Shown in pieces: positions 12,452-27,259 of a DNA stretch of 64,000 bases. The notes under the pieces were generated by a model, which was not told the origin of the DNA, made no database searches, and worked only from the letters and a program-made list of their open reading frames with translations. The translations under genes and the position numbers were made by a program. How positions within the stretch are numbered: the stretch's first letter is position 1; each line of letters begins with the position of its first letter. This DNA is from Mantamonas sphyraenae STR306 (taxonomy: Eukaryota > Protista > CRuMs). The stretch spans positions 62,001 through 126,000 of the forward strand of contig JAPMXV010000034.1 in the NCBI GenBank assembly GCA_026936335.1, given 5' to 3'.

Positions 12452-12512
12452 CGTCGCCGTTCCTCTCCCATTCCGTCCTGTACATACAATGTTTATTTCC
12501 CGACGACGTTTC

Positions 12513-14720
<2,208 letters not shown>

Positions 14721-14882
14721 TTCGAACCCTGATCCAACCACACACAACGACACCGACACACCGACACAGCACACATGCACACCCTACAAGAACAAAAAGG
14801 TTCTCACATGATTTTGTTTTGCAGGAATTTTTGCTGCGCAACGCCAACAGCCTCGTGCGTCTGGCGTGCACCTTTCCTCACA

Positions 14883-16484
14883 TCACTCGCTCTTGCTGGC
14901 ACTACGGATCTCCTCCATGACGGCGTGCAACACTTCGGAAACGCGCTCCATCTCTTCGTCGGTGATCGGCATGCCGCTGGGGATGTAGAAACCTCGAGAC
15001 CAGATACTCTCCACGTTGGGCAGTTTGGTGTCGTGGAACAACCCCATGTCCAGAAACACTGGCTGTTGATGCGTGGGGAAGAAGAAGGGGCGCGAGCCCA
15101 CCTTGTGCGAGCCCAGTTTCTGCATCATTTCCTCCGCACTGACCCCAAGGGCTTCGTCCAACACAATGGGGTACACCCAGTAGATGTTTTCTGCGTACTC
15201 TGTCGACTGCACGGGCAGCGTCAAGCCCTCAATGTCTGCCAGGAGACGGTTGTACGTTTCGCCGATGTGTCGCTTCTTCTCCACAAACGTGTCAAGTTGC
15301 TCCAACTGTGCGCATCCCACAGCTGCCTGAAGGTTGCTCATGCGGAAGTTCCACCCAAGACGCTCGTGACGGAACCGGGTGCCAGGCGTGCTGCCGAAGC
15401 ACAGGTTGCGCAGATCGCGGCACGTTGCTGCGAGCTCGTCGTCGTTCGTCACGATGATGCCACCTTCACCCGTCGTAATATGCTTGTTTGGGTAGAACGA
15501 AAACGTGGAGATGTCTCCGAAGCTGCCACACGGTTTGCCTTTGTATGTCTGACCGTGCATCTCAGCCGCGTCTTCAATCACCTTCAGGTCGTGCTCTTTG
15601 GCCAGCTCCAGAATAGGGTCGACTGTGTGTGTGTGTGTGTGTGTGTGCGTGTGTGTCAGTCAATCGGTGTGCTCCAGGCCGTATGCTTTGTCGTTGCTTA
15701 CTGTCAACAGGCAGGCCGTACAGATGCACGACCATGATGGCCTTTGTCTTTTCCGTGATGGCTGCTCGCACGTCATCCACTCCCATGTTGAACGTTTGCG
15801 CATCCATGTCCACGCACACGGGTGTCGCGCCTGCCCGCACGATCGCTGCTGAGCACGAGATGATCGTGAACGAGGGCATGATGACCTAGTGCATCGCATA
15901 CCAACCGATACACAAGCCATTCCACATGGCAATTATGTGCATGGCGTGTGTGTGACCTCTGCCGTGTCAGCCTCGCCCGTTCCGTTTTCTCTTCGTTCCC
16001 TCCGCCTCCCTTCTCCAGCCGTCCGCATACCTCATCCCCTTCTCCGATACCCAAGGCTTGTACCGCCACCTCCAGAGCCACAGTGCCGTTGCATACGCAG
16101 ATGCCGTGCTCACGCTCCACACGCGCCGCAAAGTCCTGTGCAAGCAGCGTCGCTGTCAGTTACCCTATGTCTCCCTTCCTTTGCCAGACACCGCTGCTCA
16201 TCCCTACCTTTTCCAAATCCTTCACAAACGAACCCTCCGACGAGATCCAACCCGTCTCAATGCCTGTGGTCCGTTCCATTGTGCAGTACATGCCGCCGTT
16301 GCCCACATTCCGCGCGTTTTGGTGTCAGCGCGTTCCCGATTCCCCGGATTTCCCGTCTTGCCTTGCCTTTCCCCTCCCTCTCGCACCCTCACACGACCCT
16401 ACACTGCACAAGATTGTCCTTCTCCTTGCCACTCAACAGTGGTACGTTCACAGGGATGAAAGCATGGTTCTCTGAATTGCTCAT
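14883..16484 (-). CDS. DegT/DnrJ/EryC1/StrS PLP-dependent sugar aminotransferase, GDP-perosamine-synthase-like
   Basis: Spliced protein: FIPVNVPLLSGKEK..C|IETGWISSEG...NGTVAL...GDE|VIMPSFT...VHLYG...IEDAAEMHG...FSFYPNKHITTGEGG; 4 GT-AG introns. Confidence 0.92.
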
Positions 16485-16539
16485 GAATGCGTTTTGGCGT
16501 TTGATTGTCTGTCTTGGACTGCGCTGGTCCTCTCTCTCT

Positions 16540-17511
16540 CTACCACCTTCCACGTCCTCCACCAAATCCTCCTCGTCCGCCTCCTCGGCCACCGCCACGA
16601 CCTCCGCCACGGCCGCCCCCACGTCCGCCTCGGAAACCTCCACCACGGCCACCGCCACGGCCACCTCCACGTCCGCCTCCTCGGCCACCGCCGCGACCTC
16701 CGCGTCCGCCACGGAAGCCTCCACCACGGCCACCACGTGCACCACCGGCACCACCACCACCGCCTCGCTTCTTCTTCTTCTTGGCCAGTCTGTGCAGGCA
16801 AGGTAGGGGGAGGGAAAAAGTCAGTGTCGCGAAAAAGCCAATTGCTGCCCATGGCAGCCGCGTCCGCCAGTGAACGTGTGGTCATGTCTACGACGCCACA
16901 CACACGTCCATACGTATGCGCCAACGCTGTCCCGTCGCTTGCCAACTTACGTGCTCTTGGGCTTGGGCAGATATTTGTCCACGGGGTCGAGCTTGCGCGG
17001 CTCGCAGTACACCTTGGCTCCTTCCTCAAAGGAAGACGCCACGATTCCGTCGTCCAGCTTCACTGTGAAGTACTGTGTACATGCCACACACATTCATAAC
17101 ACACAGGGGCACCCCTATGTGTCAGTCTCCTCTCCCTCCCATCCCTCCCTGGCGTGTCACGCGTCGCCAAACCCTGGCTTTGCTTCACATGCGAGCCAAA
17201 CTCACCACCTCGTTCACGGGACCCAGCACTTCGTCAACGCGTCCGATCTTTGATTTGTTCTCCAGAAACACGTAGGCACCAAACACAGGCACCTGGCCCT
17301 TTGCCGAGCCTTTGCACACCATGTCTCCCTCGCACGAGTGCATTTGCCGTCCAGCCTCAACAACTTCCTGCGGCGGACCAAAGTTCCCGTACCCACCGCC
17401 ACCACTGCGTCCACCACCGCGTCCACCACCACGTCCGCCACCACGTCCGCCACCACGTCCGCCGCCACGTCCGCCTCCGAAGCCTCCTCGTCCGCGTCCT
17501 CGATAGCTCAT
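16540..17511 (-). CDS. GAR1: H/ACA ribonucleoprotein subunit Gar1
   Basis: N- and C-terminal RGG boxes flank GPPQEVVE...CEGDMVCK...[24 protein letters not shown]|YFTVK; 2 introns. Confidence 0.95.
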
Positions 17512-17718
17512 GGTTTCTGAGAAGACTGCAAGGTTGGGTTGGGTGGGTTGGCATGTCCAATCCCCAATCCCTTCAGCCTCCAACCTCCATCCATCCCCCT
17601 TCCCCCCCCCTTCCCTCCAACCGTCATCAATCTTCAGTTGGGTGCTGACCAGTTGCGCCTGCGCCGTAGTTGCCAACTACAAAGCGCCTCCCTTTTCCAT
17701 TCAGCACACCATTCGCGA

Positions 17719-20356
17719 ATGCACCACGGCGCCCTGTTGGATCCAGAGTTGGTAGAGGAGATGTACAGGCAGAGCAGAGGCGACGACGAGTCTGCCCATG
17801 ACGATCAAGACCTGTTGCCGCAACAACCACAGAAACGGACAAGCTCTGCCCAACGGCGAGGCTCCCCCATGCACATGGAGCTCGCCGGCTTTGCAGTGCT
17901 CAACCCAAGCACCCTTGCGCAAAGTGATCTGAGCGAAGACGCCAAGATGGCCCTGCTCACCGTCCGCCAGTGGCAAGGTAACGTGTGGGGCCGCCTGCTG
18001 TCCTTGCCGGCTTTTTCTGCTGAACAATCCGAAAGCACACACCCCGCCCCAGCATCTCGACTCACCCTTGCACTGTGCACAGAGTCCCAAATGAGCAAAG
18101 AACAGCGTGCATACCTGCGCATGGTCGAGCAACGCTCAGGGCAGCCAGGTCAGTCGTATGGTGCCGTGCAAGGAGTTTCTTGTGCACCAAAACACCCGTC
18201 TACCACCCCTTTTTTCCTACGCACCGGCACAATCACACACATGCACTATCACGTGCATGCACGCCCCCACACCTACCCCACATCTCCACATCCAACTTGC
18301 CCGCAACACCACACCCAGTCTGTCCTTCGATGCACACCCTCCTGCCTTTTGCTCACGGACCTTCATCACGGTTGTATTCCACAGGCCACACGCACGCATC
18401 CACGCGCAAACACGTGCAAACATCCGACGATTGGTCAGATATGCTCACCAGCGGTGCATTTGACCACAATCTGGCCTACGATGCACAGGCCACCCTCCGG
18501 GTGAGCGAACGTGCAAGTGAATCGGGCACCCAGACGGCGACTTCGTTTCCAGACGCTGTGGACGCTGCCTACGCAGATCTCGAAGGCTCAGCTCGCACTC
18601 GCACTGCCCCCGTGCCACGTAGCCGACGACGCACTCATGTACAACCCCAGTACAACGACCCGCCGCGCAAACGGGCCGCCGACGAACAACGCGAGCGAAA
18701 AACAACAGCCCAACGCTCCACAACGCCCCAACCGCCGGCTGCTTCCTTAGATCAAGATTCTCCCACCGACAGGCGCCGCTCCAAAAGTCTTTCCTGGACC
18801 AGCGCCGATCTCCGAGCGGACGAGCTTCCATCCTCCATGCGTAGCCCAAACGCATGGGGCTCCGCCTCTGAACCGCGCCTTCACCTCGAGGACACCGAGG
18901 ACGACGACGACGCACCCAGCGCCCTCCTCACGGCCCTTGCCCTCGATGAAGGCACATCCTGGGCCACTGTCGCTGCACAGGAGGCCATCGATGACATTAT
19001 TAACGGCCTGAGTGTCAAGCCCAGCTCGCAATGGGACCCTCGCGACTCCCTCCCGTCCCACAACCTCCCAAGCCTCGGCCGCAGCTTTGTCGCACCGTCT
19101 GAAGCCCACCGTGCAGCACACCCGTTCAAACCCCCTCGCAGCCACTCCTCCCACGACGACGACCGCCCGACGCAACGCCCGGCAAACCGCCAACCCCAAC
19201 CTGGTTTTGTCAAACTCGACCACCAGGGCGACGGAGATGCACACATCGCTCCCGAAGGTATGTCTCTCCCCCACCTTTTCCCATCCCTTGTGCAATGCCT
19301 TGACCACTGCTCCCCCGGCCTCTTTGTGCAGACACTCACATCGTCCTCCCTCTCCGCCCCTCCCCTTCAACAGAACGCTCGGTGTTTGGCTATACGCCCA
19401 TCATTGACCCCACCCACCTCGTGTACTGCAAACACTGTGGTGGCACAGTGCGTCGCAACTTCTTCGCCCTTCACCTTTCCAGGTGCAACCGCGATGCCTT
19501 TGCCGAGGACGAGTTTGAGGCTCTGTTTGAAGAATCCAAAGAGACGTTTGTGCCTCATCGTGTGCGTCGGCCCCTCGAGGACCTCTTTCTAAGCGGATTC
19601 AAGCGCAAGAGCGACTCGGCCACGCGTAGCCACGCACAGCAAGAGAACAAGCGAAGGAAAAGCAGTTCGCCAGCCTCCTACCACCATGGCACCTCTCCTG
19701 GGAACGCAGCCGCCCTTGCATCCTCCTCCTCCTCCTCCAAGGACGCTTCTCGATATGTCAAGCGCTACCCGGGCTACTTTGAGCAGGACGACGACGACGA
19801 TGACGACGACGACGACGAAGAAGAAGACCAAGGCCAGCATCGTGCTCGTCTCACAGTGCCCACCCTCAGTCTCGCTGCTCTGCTACGCAACACACGTGCC
19901 GCTGCCGAGTCGCCCGAGAAACCGGCCGAACCGGAAGAGCCTGCCGTGCTCAAAACTTCCTCGCCTCCTTCGTCTGCTCCCCTGTACTATTCCATGTCTG
20001 ATACAACGTCGCCTGTGGGTGCCTGGCTCGACAGTCTCGAGCAGCCCATTGCTGTCGGCGAAACCCTCGCTCGCGGAGGGCCCGCAAGATCCAACTCCCA
20101 CAAGGGACGATATCACGTGACCCCCACCGACGAACACGAGGCCGTGGTCTCGTCCTCCATGTCATCCATGTCCACAACCAGCAGCAGCAGCTCGGCCACA
20201 CTCGGCGGATTCGACCATCCCTACGCGTACTCACACAGGGACTCGCACGCCGCTTGGACGCGCACTGCGGACGTGTATTCGCCTGTTGTCAGGCCCATTG
20301 CCGTCAAGAAAACCAAAAGGCAAGCGCCCCTGCCAGGGGTTCTGGATCCTCTGTAG
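17719..20356 (+). CDS. Disordered protein with an ATXN7/Sgf73-like zinc finger
   Basis: Multi-exon gene with GT-AG sites at ~17977, 18174 and 19257; motif FGYTPIIDPTHLVYCKHCGGTVRRNFFALHLSRC. Confidence 0.55.
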
Positions 20357-20397
20357 AAGTGGCATCTGTGAATCAATCCTTCATTTCCCGTGCATCA

Positions 20398-23300
20398 TCA
20401 CTGCAACCCGCTTAGGAATCCGACCAACAAGTTGAGATTCTCATACTCGTCCTCCACCCGTGTCCACGTCTTCTCCTGCATCTCCATCAGCGGCTCAAGC
20501 AGGTCGAGAAGCTCGCCGTTATCCACCAACACCTCGGAGTTGTGCTTCATGTACACGTTGAGGTACGACTGCCACAGTTCAAAGTTGCTGTTGCTCTCCA
20601 ATTGCTCTGCCAGGAAGGCCAGCAACATTCGGTGGTCCTCATAGTTGTCTGCGCTCGACAGTGACTGCAGCGCCACGTCCAGCTCTGTCGGGCTGGCTTT
20701 GTACACGTAGGCCACCAGCTCCTCATCTGTGCATGTTTGTGTAAGTGAGTATGTGCCCGCGCGTGCATGTGTTGTGCGTGTGTGTGTTCTGTTCGCTTCG
20801 CAACCTACAATTGTCCGAATGGAAGCCAGCACGCAGCAGCTTGCTGAACGGAGTGGTCACGCGCACATCGCTCATGTTGAGCACACGACTGCGATCGTCC
20901 TGCTCCTGTTCAGCTTCAGCTGCCTCCTGTGCAGACGTATCGAAGATCAGCTTTGGGTTCAGGCCCGGCAGCGTCGGAAGGAAGAACGGAGCCTTGCTGG
21001 GCTTCTTCACGGGCTCCTTGGCCTTGTTGCGCTGCTTGACTGTGTCGAGATTGTACAACAGTTGCCAGCGAGATGCAGGAACGGTCGAAAGGGTCACCAG
21101 CTGCTCGTGCAGCGGCTGCGGCGGATCGTTCCCCACCTCCTCTTCCATCTTGTCTTGATCCTCATCGCTGCCGGCCTCGCTGTCACTATCGCTGCTGTCA
21201 TCTCCACCACCGTCGCTACTGCTGCTGCTGCTGCTGCTCTGCTTCTTCTGCAAACGCAGCGACAGCCTTGGCATCTCCACCAGCCCGGCCACCTCGGGAA
21301 CAGGCTTCAGGAACACCTGCATGAATTGCGAGCGGTTAGCCCACATGTATACACCCAGTGAGTCCACGTGAGTGGTGACCAGAAAGTCGCCACTGGGAGA
21401 GAACGACAACGAGGTAACTGCACGGTCAGCGCGGAACCAGTCGATCAGCTTGGCCGTGGACAGGTTCCACACGCGTACGGTGGTGTCCATTGACGCGGTG
21501 ATGAGCCAGTGCGTGTCTGGACTGAAGCACATGTCTGTGATGCGGTTCGTGTGGCCCTCAAAGCGGCGCACGAGCTTCATCGTCTCCAGGTCGTACACAC
21601 GGATGACAAAGTCGTCCGCGCTCACGGCCATTAGCGATGTGTCACGGTGCAGCACGATCTGTTCGATGCTTCCAGCTTCCAGCTGTTCCAGATGGAGCAG
21701 TTCGCCCGTCTGGAAGTTCCAGAACCGCAGCGTGCCGTCCAGGTGGCCAGACACCACCTTTGCGTTGAACAGGTCCGAGACCACACACTGAACACCGCTG
21801 TACACTTCCACTTGATGCTGTTGGGCACTCTCGCTATCGAGAACAAACGTGCGTCGCAACAATCCCGACTGCAGGTTGTACTTGTCGATGCGTCCGCCTT
21901 GTGTGCCCAGCAAACCCAGGTTGCCACAGGCCGAGATTTCCACACAACGCACAGCCGTGTGGTCGCTCGAGCGCAGTTGGTGCTCACCCAGGGCCTTGCG
22001 TTCAAAGTTCCACGTGTACGCACGCGTGTCGCCCACGTGACACGACAGCACGTTGTCCCACTCCCTTTCTTTGGCCGTCGACACCACAAAGTCCACCACG
22101 GGGCGCAATTTGAGAGCCTGCACACGCTTGTGCTTCTTGCGCGCCTTGGCCTTCAAACCCGAGCCTTGCGAAAACTCCCTGTTCTGCTGGTCTTGGATTG
22201 TGGACAGGAAGCGCATCGAACGATCCAGTGCACCCGTCAGCATCTGTTTGCGATCACGGTAGTAGCGCACGCGCACGGGGGGGCGCTGTGGCCTGAACGC
22301 GAGCGGAGCAGGAAGCCTTGCATGTCTTGCTTGGTGAACGCCCACATGTGCAGTGCGTTGTCCGTGCCTGCACTTACCAGCACAGCCTCGTTGATGAGAA
22401 ACTGCAGGCTGGTGACACGCGCCTGGTGTGCGCCGTGCATGACGTGCAGCAGGTGCTGAGATTGCAGATCCCACAGCACAATGTTGCCATTTGTGCCTCC
22501 CGACGCAAGCACGGGTGCATCCGAGCGGAAACTGAGTGCCGTCACCGGTCCATCGTTCTGGTGGAATTTCATCACTGTTTGATCGTACTTGAGGTTGTGC
22601 ACCAGGATGTCACCGTTTGAAAAGCCCACGGCAACCACGTCCAGCGCGGTCGACTGCTCCACACATGTCACACTGCTCGCATAGGGCCCGAATTCGTACA
22701 CCAGTTTCTGTGTCTTGAGGTTCCACAACTGCAGTCGTCCGTCTGTGGAGCCCACCAGGAGTTTGTTGAGGTAAGTGGCCGGGTGCATGATCACGCTGCA
22801 GGTAAACTTGTCGGCAGGCAGCAGGTCCATGTCCACCAACACGTTGTCCTCCCGTTGGCGCACATCCCACACCTTGAGGTGATTGTCTGCGTCCACCGTC
22901 ACCAGTCCGTTCTTGCCAAAGATCATCATGTGCTGCACATCGGCTTCGTGGCCGTCAAACACTGCAACAAGCTTGGCTCGCCTCCAGGCGTTTACCTGCG
23001 TGCCCGTGCTAGTGAACACAAAGTCGCCCTTGGTCGCCAAGCACGTGATGGCCTGCTCATGCGTCGGTCCTGCAAGTGATTGCGCACGGTGTCAGGGTCT
23101 CTGCACAAGACGCCTTGGGAAGCCCGAATGCACGCGTGCGTGTGCATGTGTGTGTGTGCAATTGTGTGTGTGTGTGTGTGTGTGTATGAAAGGCATGGCA
23201 TCATGATCCGAACCCGACGTCGGTGTACTTACCGACTTGCAGCAGGTTGAGTTTCCGGCACTGCGATTTTGTCCGTCCGCGTGAGTGTTTGTCCGTGTAG

Positions 23301-23880
23301 CACAGGCCACAGGAGCATCGATGGCCACAAACATGTTTCCACACTTGCATCACAACCATCGCTCAACGTGATGGTGGCCATTGGGCCCACACACGTTCAC
23401 ACTTACATTGTACGTTTGGTAGCTGCGCTCGATGCATGTTGTGACAAAGTGCTCACCGCCTCGTCGTTGCACACTGAATGGCACCGAATCTGTGATGAAG
23501 CCCAGCGAACGAAACGGCTGGAATAGTTGACTGCTCTGCAGTACCACTGCCTGCTCCATCTCCTTGGATCCCTTGCGTGTTGTTCCGGTTTGCCTCGCCT
23601 TGCCCTTGCCTGTACGCTTTGTGTGTCCCTCCTCCTCTTCCTTGTCACCAATCCCGTCACTCAGATGAAGTTCATCCAGCACAGTGCGATGAATGGCTTC
23701 CACTGCCGCCTTTTCCTCCTCGCTGTCCGAGTCGTCCTCCTGCGCCGCCGCCGCCTCTGCTGCCGCCGCCTGTTCGTCTTCACCGCTCGCTTGCAGATCC
23801 ACAACAATCTCGTCCTTGCTACCGTCGGTGTTGGATACGGATGTGCGTCGTTTCTTCCGGCGTGTGCGACGAGAAGACAT
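20398..23880 (-). CDS. WDR36: U3 snoRNA-associated protein Utp21/WDR36
   Basis: S.LFQPFRSLG.IT, IMHPATYLNKLL, RSRSGHSAPP, WDNVLSCH and K.RNK.KEP.KKP.KAPFFLPT motifs; a frameshift at the G7 run 22277-22283. Confidence 0.95.
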
Positions 23881-23930
23881 GGGTGTTGTCGAATTGTTGG
23901 TGAAGGCAGGGCGGATTGTGGTGGTGGCTT

Positions 23931-24538
23931 TCATTGGCTCTCTCTCGCACCGACGCGTCCCCATGTGAACGACATTCCCTGTGGCACAGGGGTGCCCCGG
24001 AGAATGTCTTCAGAGGTCACAGCGTCAAGTTTGGACAGCTCTTTGCGCACATAGCGCGTAAGCTTGCCCACCTGCTCGGCATCGGCCTGAAAAACAAACA
24101 TGTTGCGCCACAGGGCAGCAGCCAACATGGCGTCTCCATGCAACATGCCCTCGTCGTACGCCACACAGCTTCCGTGGTACGAGTTGCCCAGATCCCGCAG
24201 GGCTCGGTTTACCACAGAAGCACTGTCGATCTGCTTGTCGGTGGGACACAGACATTGGACAGGGCAAGAGACAGGGGAAGGCAGCGGCAAGTGGGTGGTC
24301 AGTATTGGACAGGCGACACTCCCCATTGGCACACAAGCCTGTGGGCCAAACTTACACCTCGCTTGATCACACGCATCTCCGTATGTTCCCAGAATCGTTC
24401 AAACAGATCCCGTGTCAGATCATGCCCAGCCTTACCCTCCTGTCGCAATCGAACAAAGCAGAGCCAGACGTGCAGCAGCGTCACCTCAAACTTGGTTCGG
24501 AACTCCGTCTCGTCCAGTCCCAGCTCTGTAGGAGTGAC

Positions 24539-24574
<36 letters not shown>

Positions 24575-25121
24575 CGGGCGCACGTTGTGATTGTCACGGG
24601 GTTGTGTCAGCCATTGACCCATTTAGCGCGTTGAATACCGTGTGCGGCGTGGAAAGGGCAACGAAGGCACACGTACCAGCGTAAAACTCGCTCATCTCGC
24701 TCGCCTGCCTGCAGTATTCGTACAGCTCAGTGCTGCTCCGGATCATTGTGCTCTCTTCACTGTAGTAGCCCATAAACCGCAGCACTTTGCCCAGCCACCC
24801 GGAGTGCTGTTGAGACCCGTCGGAGCTGCTCTCGGCCCCCGCTTCGCTTCCGCCTGTCCCTGCCGTTGCCGTTGCGTATGTACGGACGTCCCCTGGCAGC
24901 TGCTGCAACCCCCACGGCTGATTGCTACTCTGTGTTCTCTGCCTCCCGCTCAACTGGACACTGTGCACAATGCCAGCCTCCGCACCGTCCTGTGAATCGC
25001 GCAGCCCGCATTCCAACGAACCCACACTCGCCACACCGTGCCATCCCATCCTCATACTCTCCATTACGCCACCCAAGTGGTTCACCACTGTCTTGCCGCC
25101 CCCGCTGGCACGCACAAACAT
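23931..25121 (-). CDS. UQCC1: Ubiquinol-cytochrome c chaperone (Cbp3)
   Basis: F.VTLLHVWL..VRLR.EG and YHG..VAYDEG....DAMLAAALWRN motifs; 2 introns; start uncertain. Confidence 0.88.
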
Positions 25122-25179
25122 TCCCAGCCAAGTGTCTTCAGTCACGCGTTGGCTGCGACGCCGCCCTCAACCTTTCCTC

Positions 25180-26691
25180 ATGTCGCAGAGCGTACGTACC
25201 ACCTCCCACTCACCTGGTTTAGTGCCCATCGTGGGTGTTGCTCGCCAGTGGGGTTCCTCCAGGCTAACCCTGTCCTCTCATTGCCCATGGCCCACCCACC
25301 TCCCCTTCGGACCGCGATGCGTAGGCTGCCCAAGGCTTCGCCGCGATTCAACGCGGCCGCGAGCTGGTGAAGGAGATCAGTCTGCTGATCGACCAGAGCC
25401 TCCACGAGATCCGCGCGCTGCGGGCCATGGAAAACGAGCAGTTGGAAGCTGCAAAGCATGAACGGGCCAGCGCAAGCCCCGCCGAACTTGAAGCAGACCA
25501 AGACCTGGACATTCCCGCCGATTTTCAACCCGTGGTGCGGCGTCTGGGAGGCAAGGATACAGGTGCATTTGCAGCCGACGATGACGACGATGACTTTATG
25601 GACGACTTGGAAATGCCGGATGGCCCACTGCAGCTCAGTGGCGACGTAAGTGCGCGTGTTTGTGGCTGCCAGCACGAGAATGACCACGCGGGGAAACCCT
25701 CTCGCGGCGCCTGCTGACACACCCCAACACAGCTGGCAAACAAAAGCAACCACTCTGCCTTATTTATTGCAAACGCAAGGGGTGGTGCCACAGATGACTA
25801 TGCGGATGACTTTGATTTCGATGGGGAAGGACCCCTGCGGCCGACGCTTCCACACAGTGAAGACGAAGACACAGATCCGTTTGGCGACCTTTCCGACGAT
25901 GGCATGGATGGCAACGACGACATGGATGCCGACTCACGTCCTGCCAGTGCGGGAGAAGGGATTGACGAGGTAGGAATCTCGGGCAGGAGGGGGGGTGGGC
26001 GAGGGCGACGGATGAACAACAGTCATTGGCAGATGGACTGACACGGAGCTGAAACGTGCGACGTACACCCCACGCGCCAATCATACGCGTGTCTCAGGAC
26101 GTGTACGTAAAGAACTTGGTTCAGGCAGGCGAGTCGGACAAGTTGCACCCAGGCATGAAGACCATCAAGTGGTCGGGTGAGCACGGGCCGGTAAAGACAT
26201 TCCGTGGCATGCGGTACAACCCGAAACTAAAGACATGGGAAGGCAACGAGGAGGATGCGGATGTGTTTGAACGGAGAGCTGCCAAACCGGGTCTAATCAA
26301 GCCCATGGGCATGAGTGCACACCTGATGAACAACGACGCAGTGGAATATGACGAGAGTACCCAGCGCTGGGTATACAAGGACAGCGCCCAGGAGGAGGAA
26401 TTTATGAGGGACTTTGCAGACATTGAGGATCTTGAGGACAACAACGACAGGACACCCGCGGGCAGCACACAGGAGCCGTTGAGCAGCGAGATGATGGACA
26501 GCTTCCACCAAATGGCCAAGCAGCACGAGAAAGACATGCACAAGTGGCTAGATAACGGCTACAAGCTTCCCGAAGAAGACGCCTCGGACTTTCAAGACCG
26601 TTGGGTCGACATGGAGCGACAGCACTACGAGTCGCTTTTTGTCGTGCGTGACTACACGTCCAATGATGGACATGCCACCAAGACGAAGTGA
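25180..26691 (+). CDS. Byr4/Bfa1-like spindle-position/septation GAP subunit
   Basis: GMRYNPKLKTWEGNE..DVF, followed by P.LI, a second repeat (VEYDESTQRW) and acidic F.DIEDLED; multi-exon, first intron 25192-25324. Confidence 0.7.
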
Positions 26692-27259
26692 GGTTGTGGC
26701 TACCTGGAACTACACACGCTCCACGCTCTTGTTCTGGCCACCCAACGACGAGACACGCACATCCACATAGAAACAAACAAACACCCCAGCTGTCTCTTTA
26801 TCCTCCTGTTGCCCGTTTGTCGTTGGCCTTGGGCTCGCCCTTGTGGTTTGTTTTTCACACAACCCCTTTTTGAACGTGCTCTGACCCCCCTTTTTACCGC
26901 ATGACACACGGGGAGCATCTGCACATTTCTCGCATTGCCGCATGCTTCAGTTGCCTGTCTGACCTCATGTGAATTCGGGACTCGTCACGCGAACATGTTG
27001 GGCGGTTGACACGTGGGCCGAAAGCTTCGACAAGCTCACCTGTGCGTGTCACAAGGGGCCAAATCACGCTACCTTGCACCTAGTGCACTTCTACACTCTG
27101 TACTATCTTCCGTGTCACCCCACATGTGATCAAGAGCCTGCAACGGTCGACGATCGTCGTCGTCAGGATGCGCAGGCGCCCGCCCATCCACCCATTTCCT
27201 TGTCAGGAACGAGAAAAAACACCCTCGGTGGACCTCTTTTTTACCCCCTTTCTTTCGCT

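Noticed and set aside
16545-17500. Tandem 12-15 nt GC-rich repeats
   Set aside because: They encode the GAR1 RGG boxes and are neither a CRISPR array nor a satellite.
22277-22283. Frameshift in WDR36/UTP21 (possible pseudogene or programmed frameshift)
   Set aside because: It lies in a G7 homopolymer; one extra base restores SGHSAPPVRVRYY. This is a typical long-read error in an essential gene.
26692-27259. Large spacer with short inverted repeats (TGACACG/CGTGTCA)
   Set aside because: No C/D boxes, tRNA fold, terminal inverted repeats or canonical heat-shock element could be supported.
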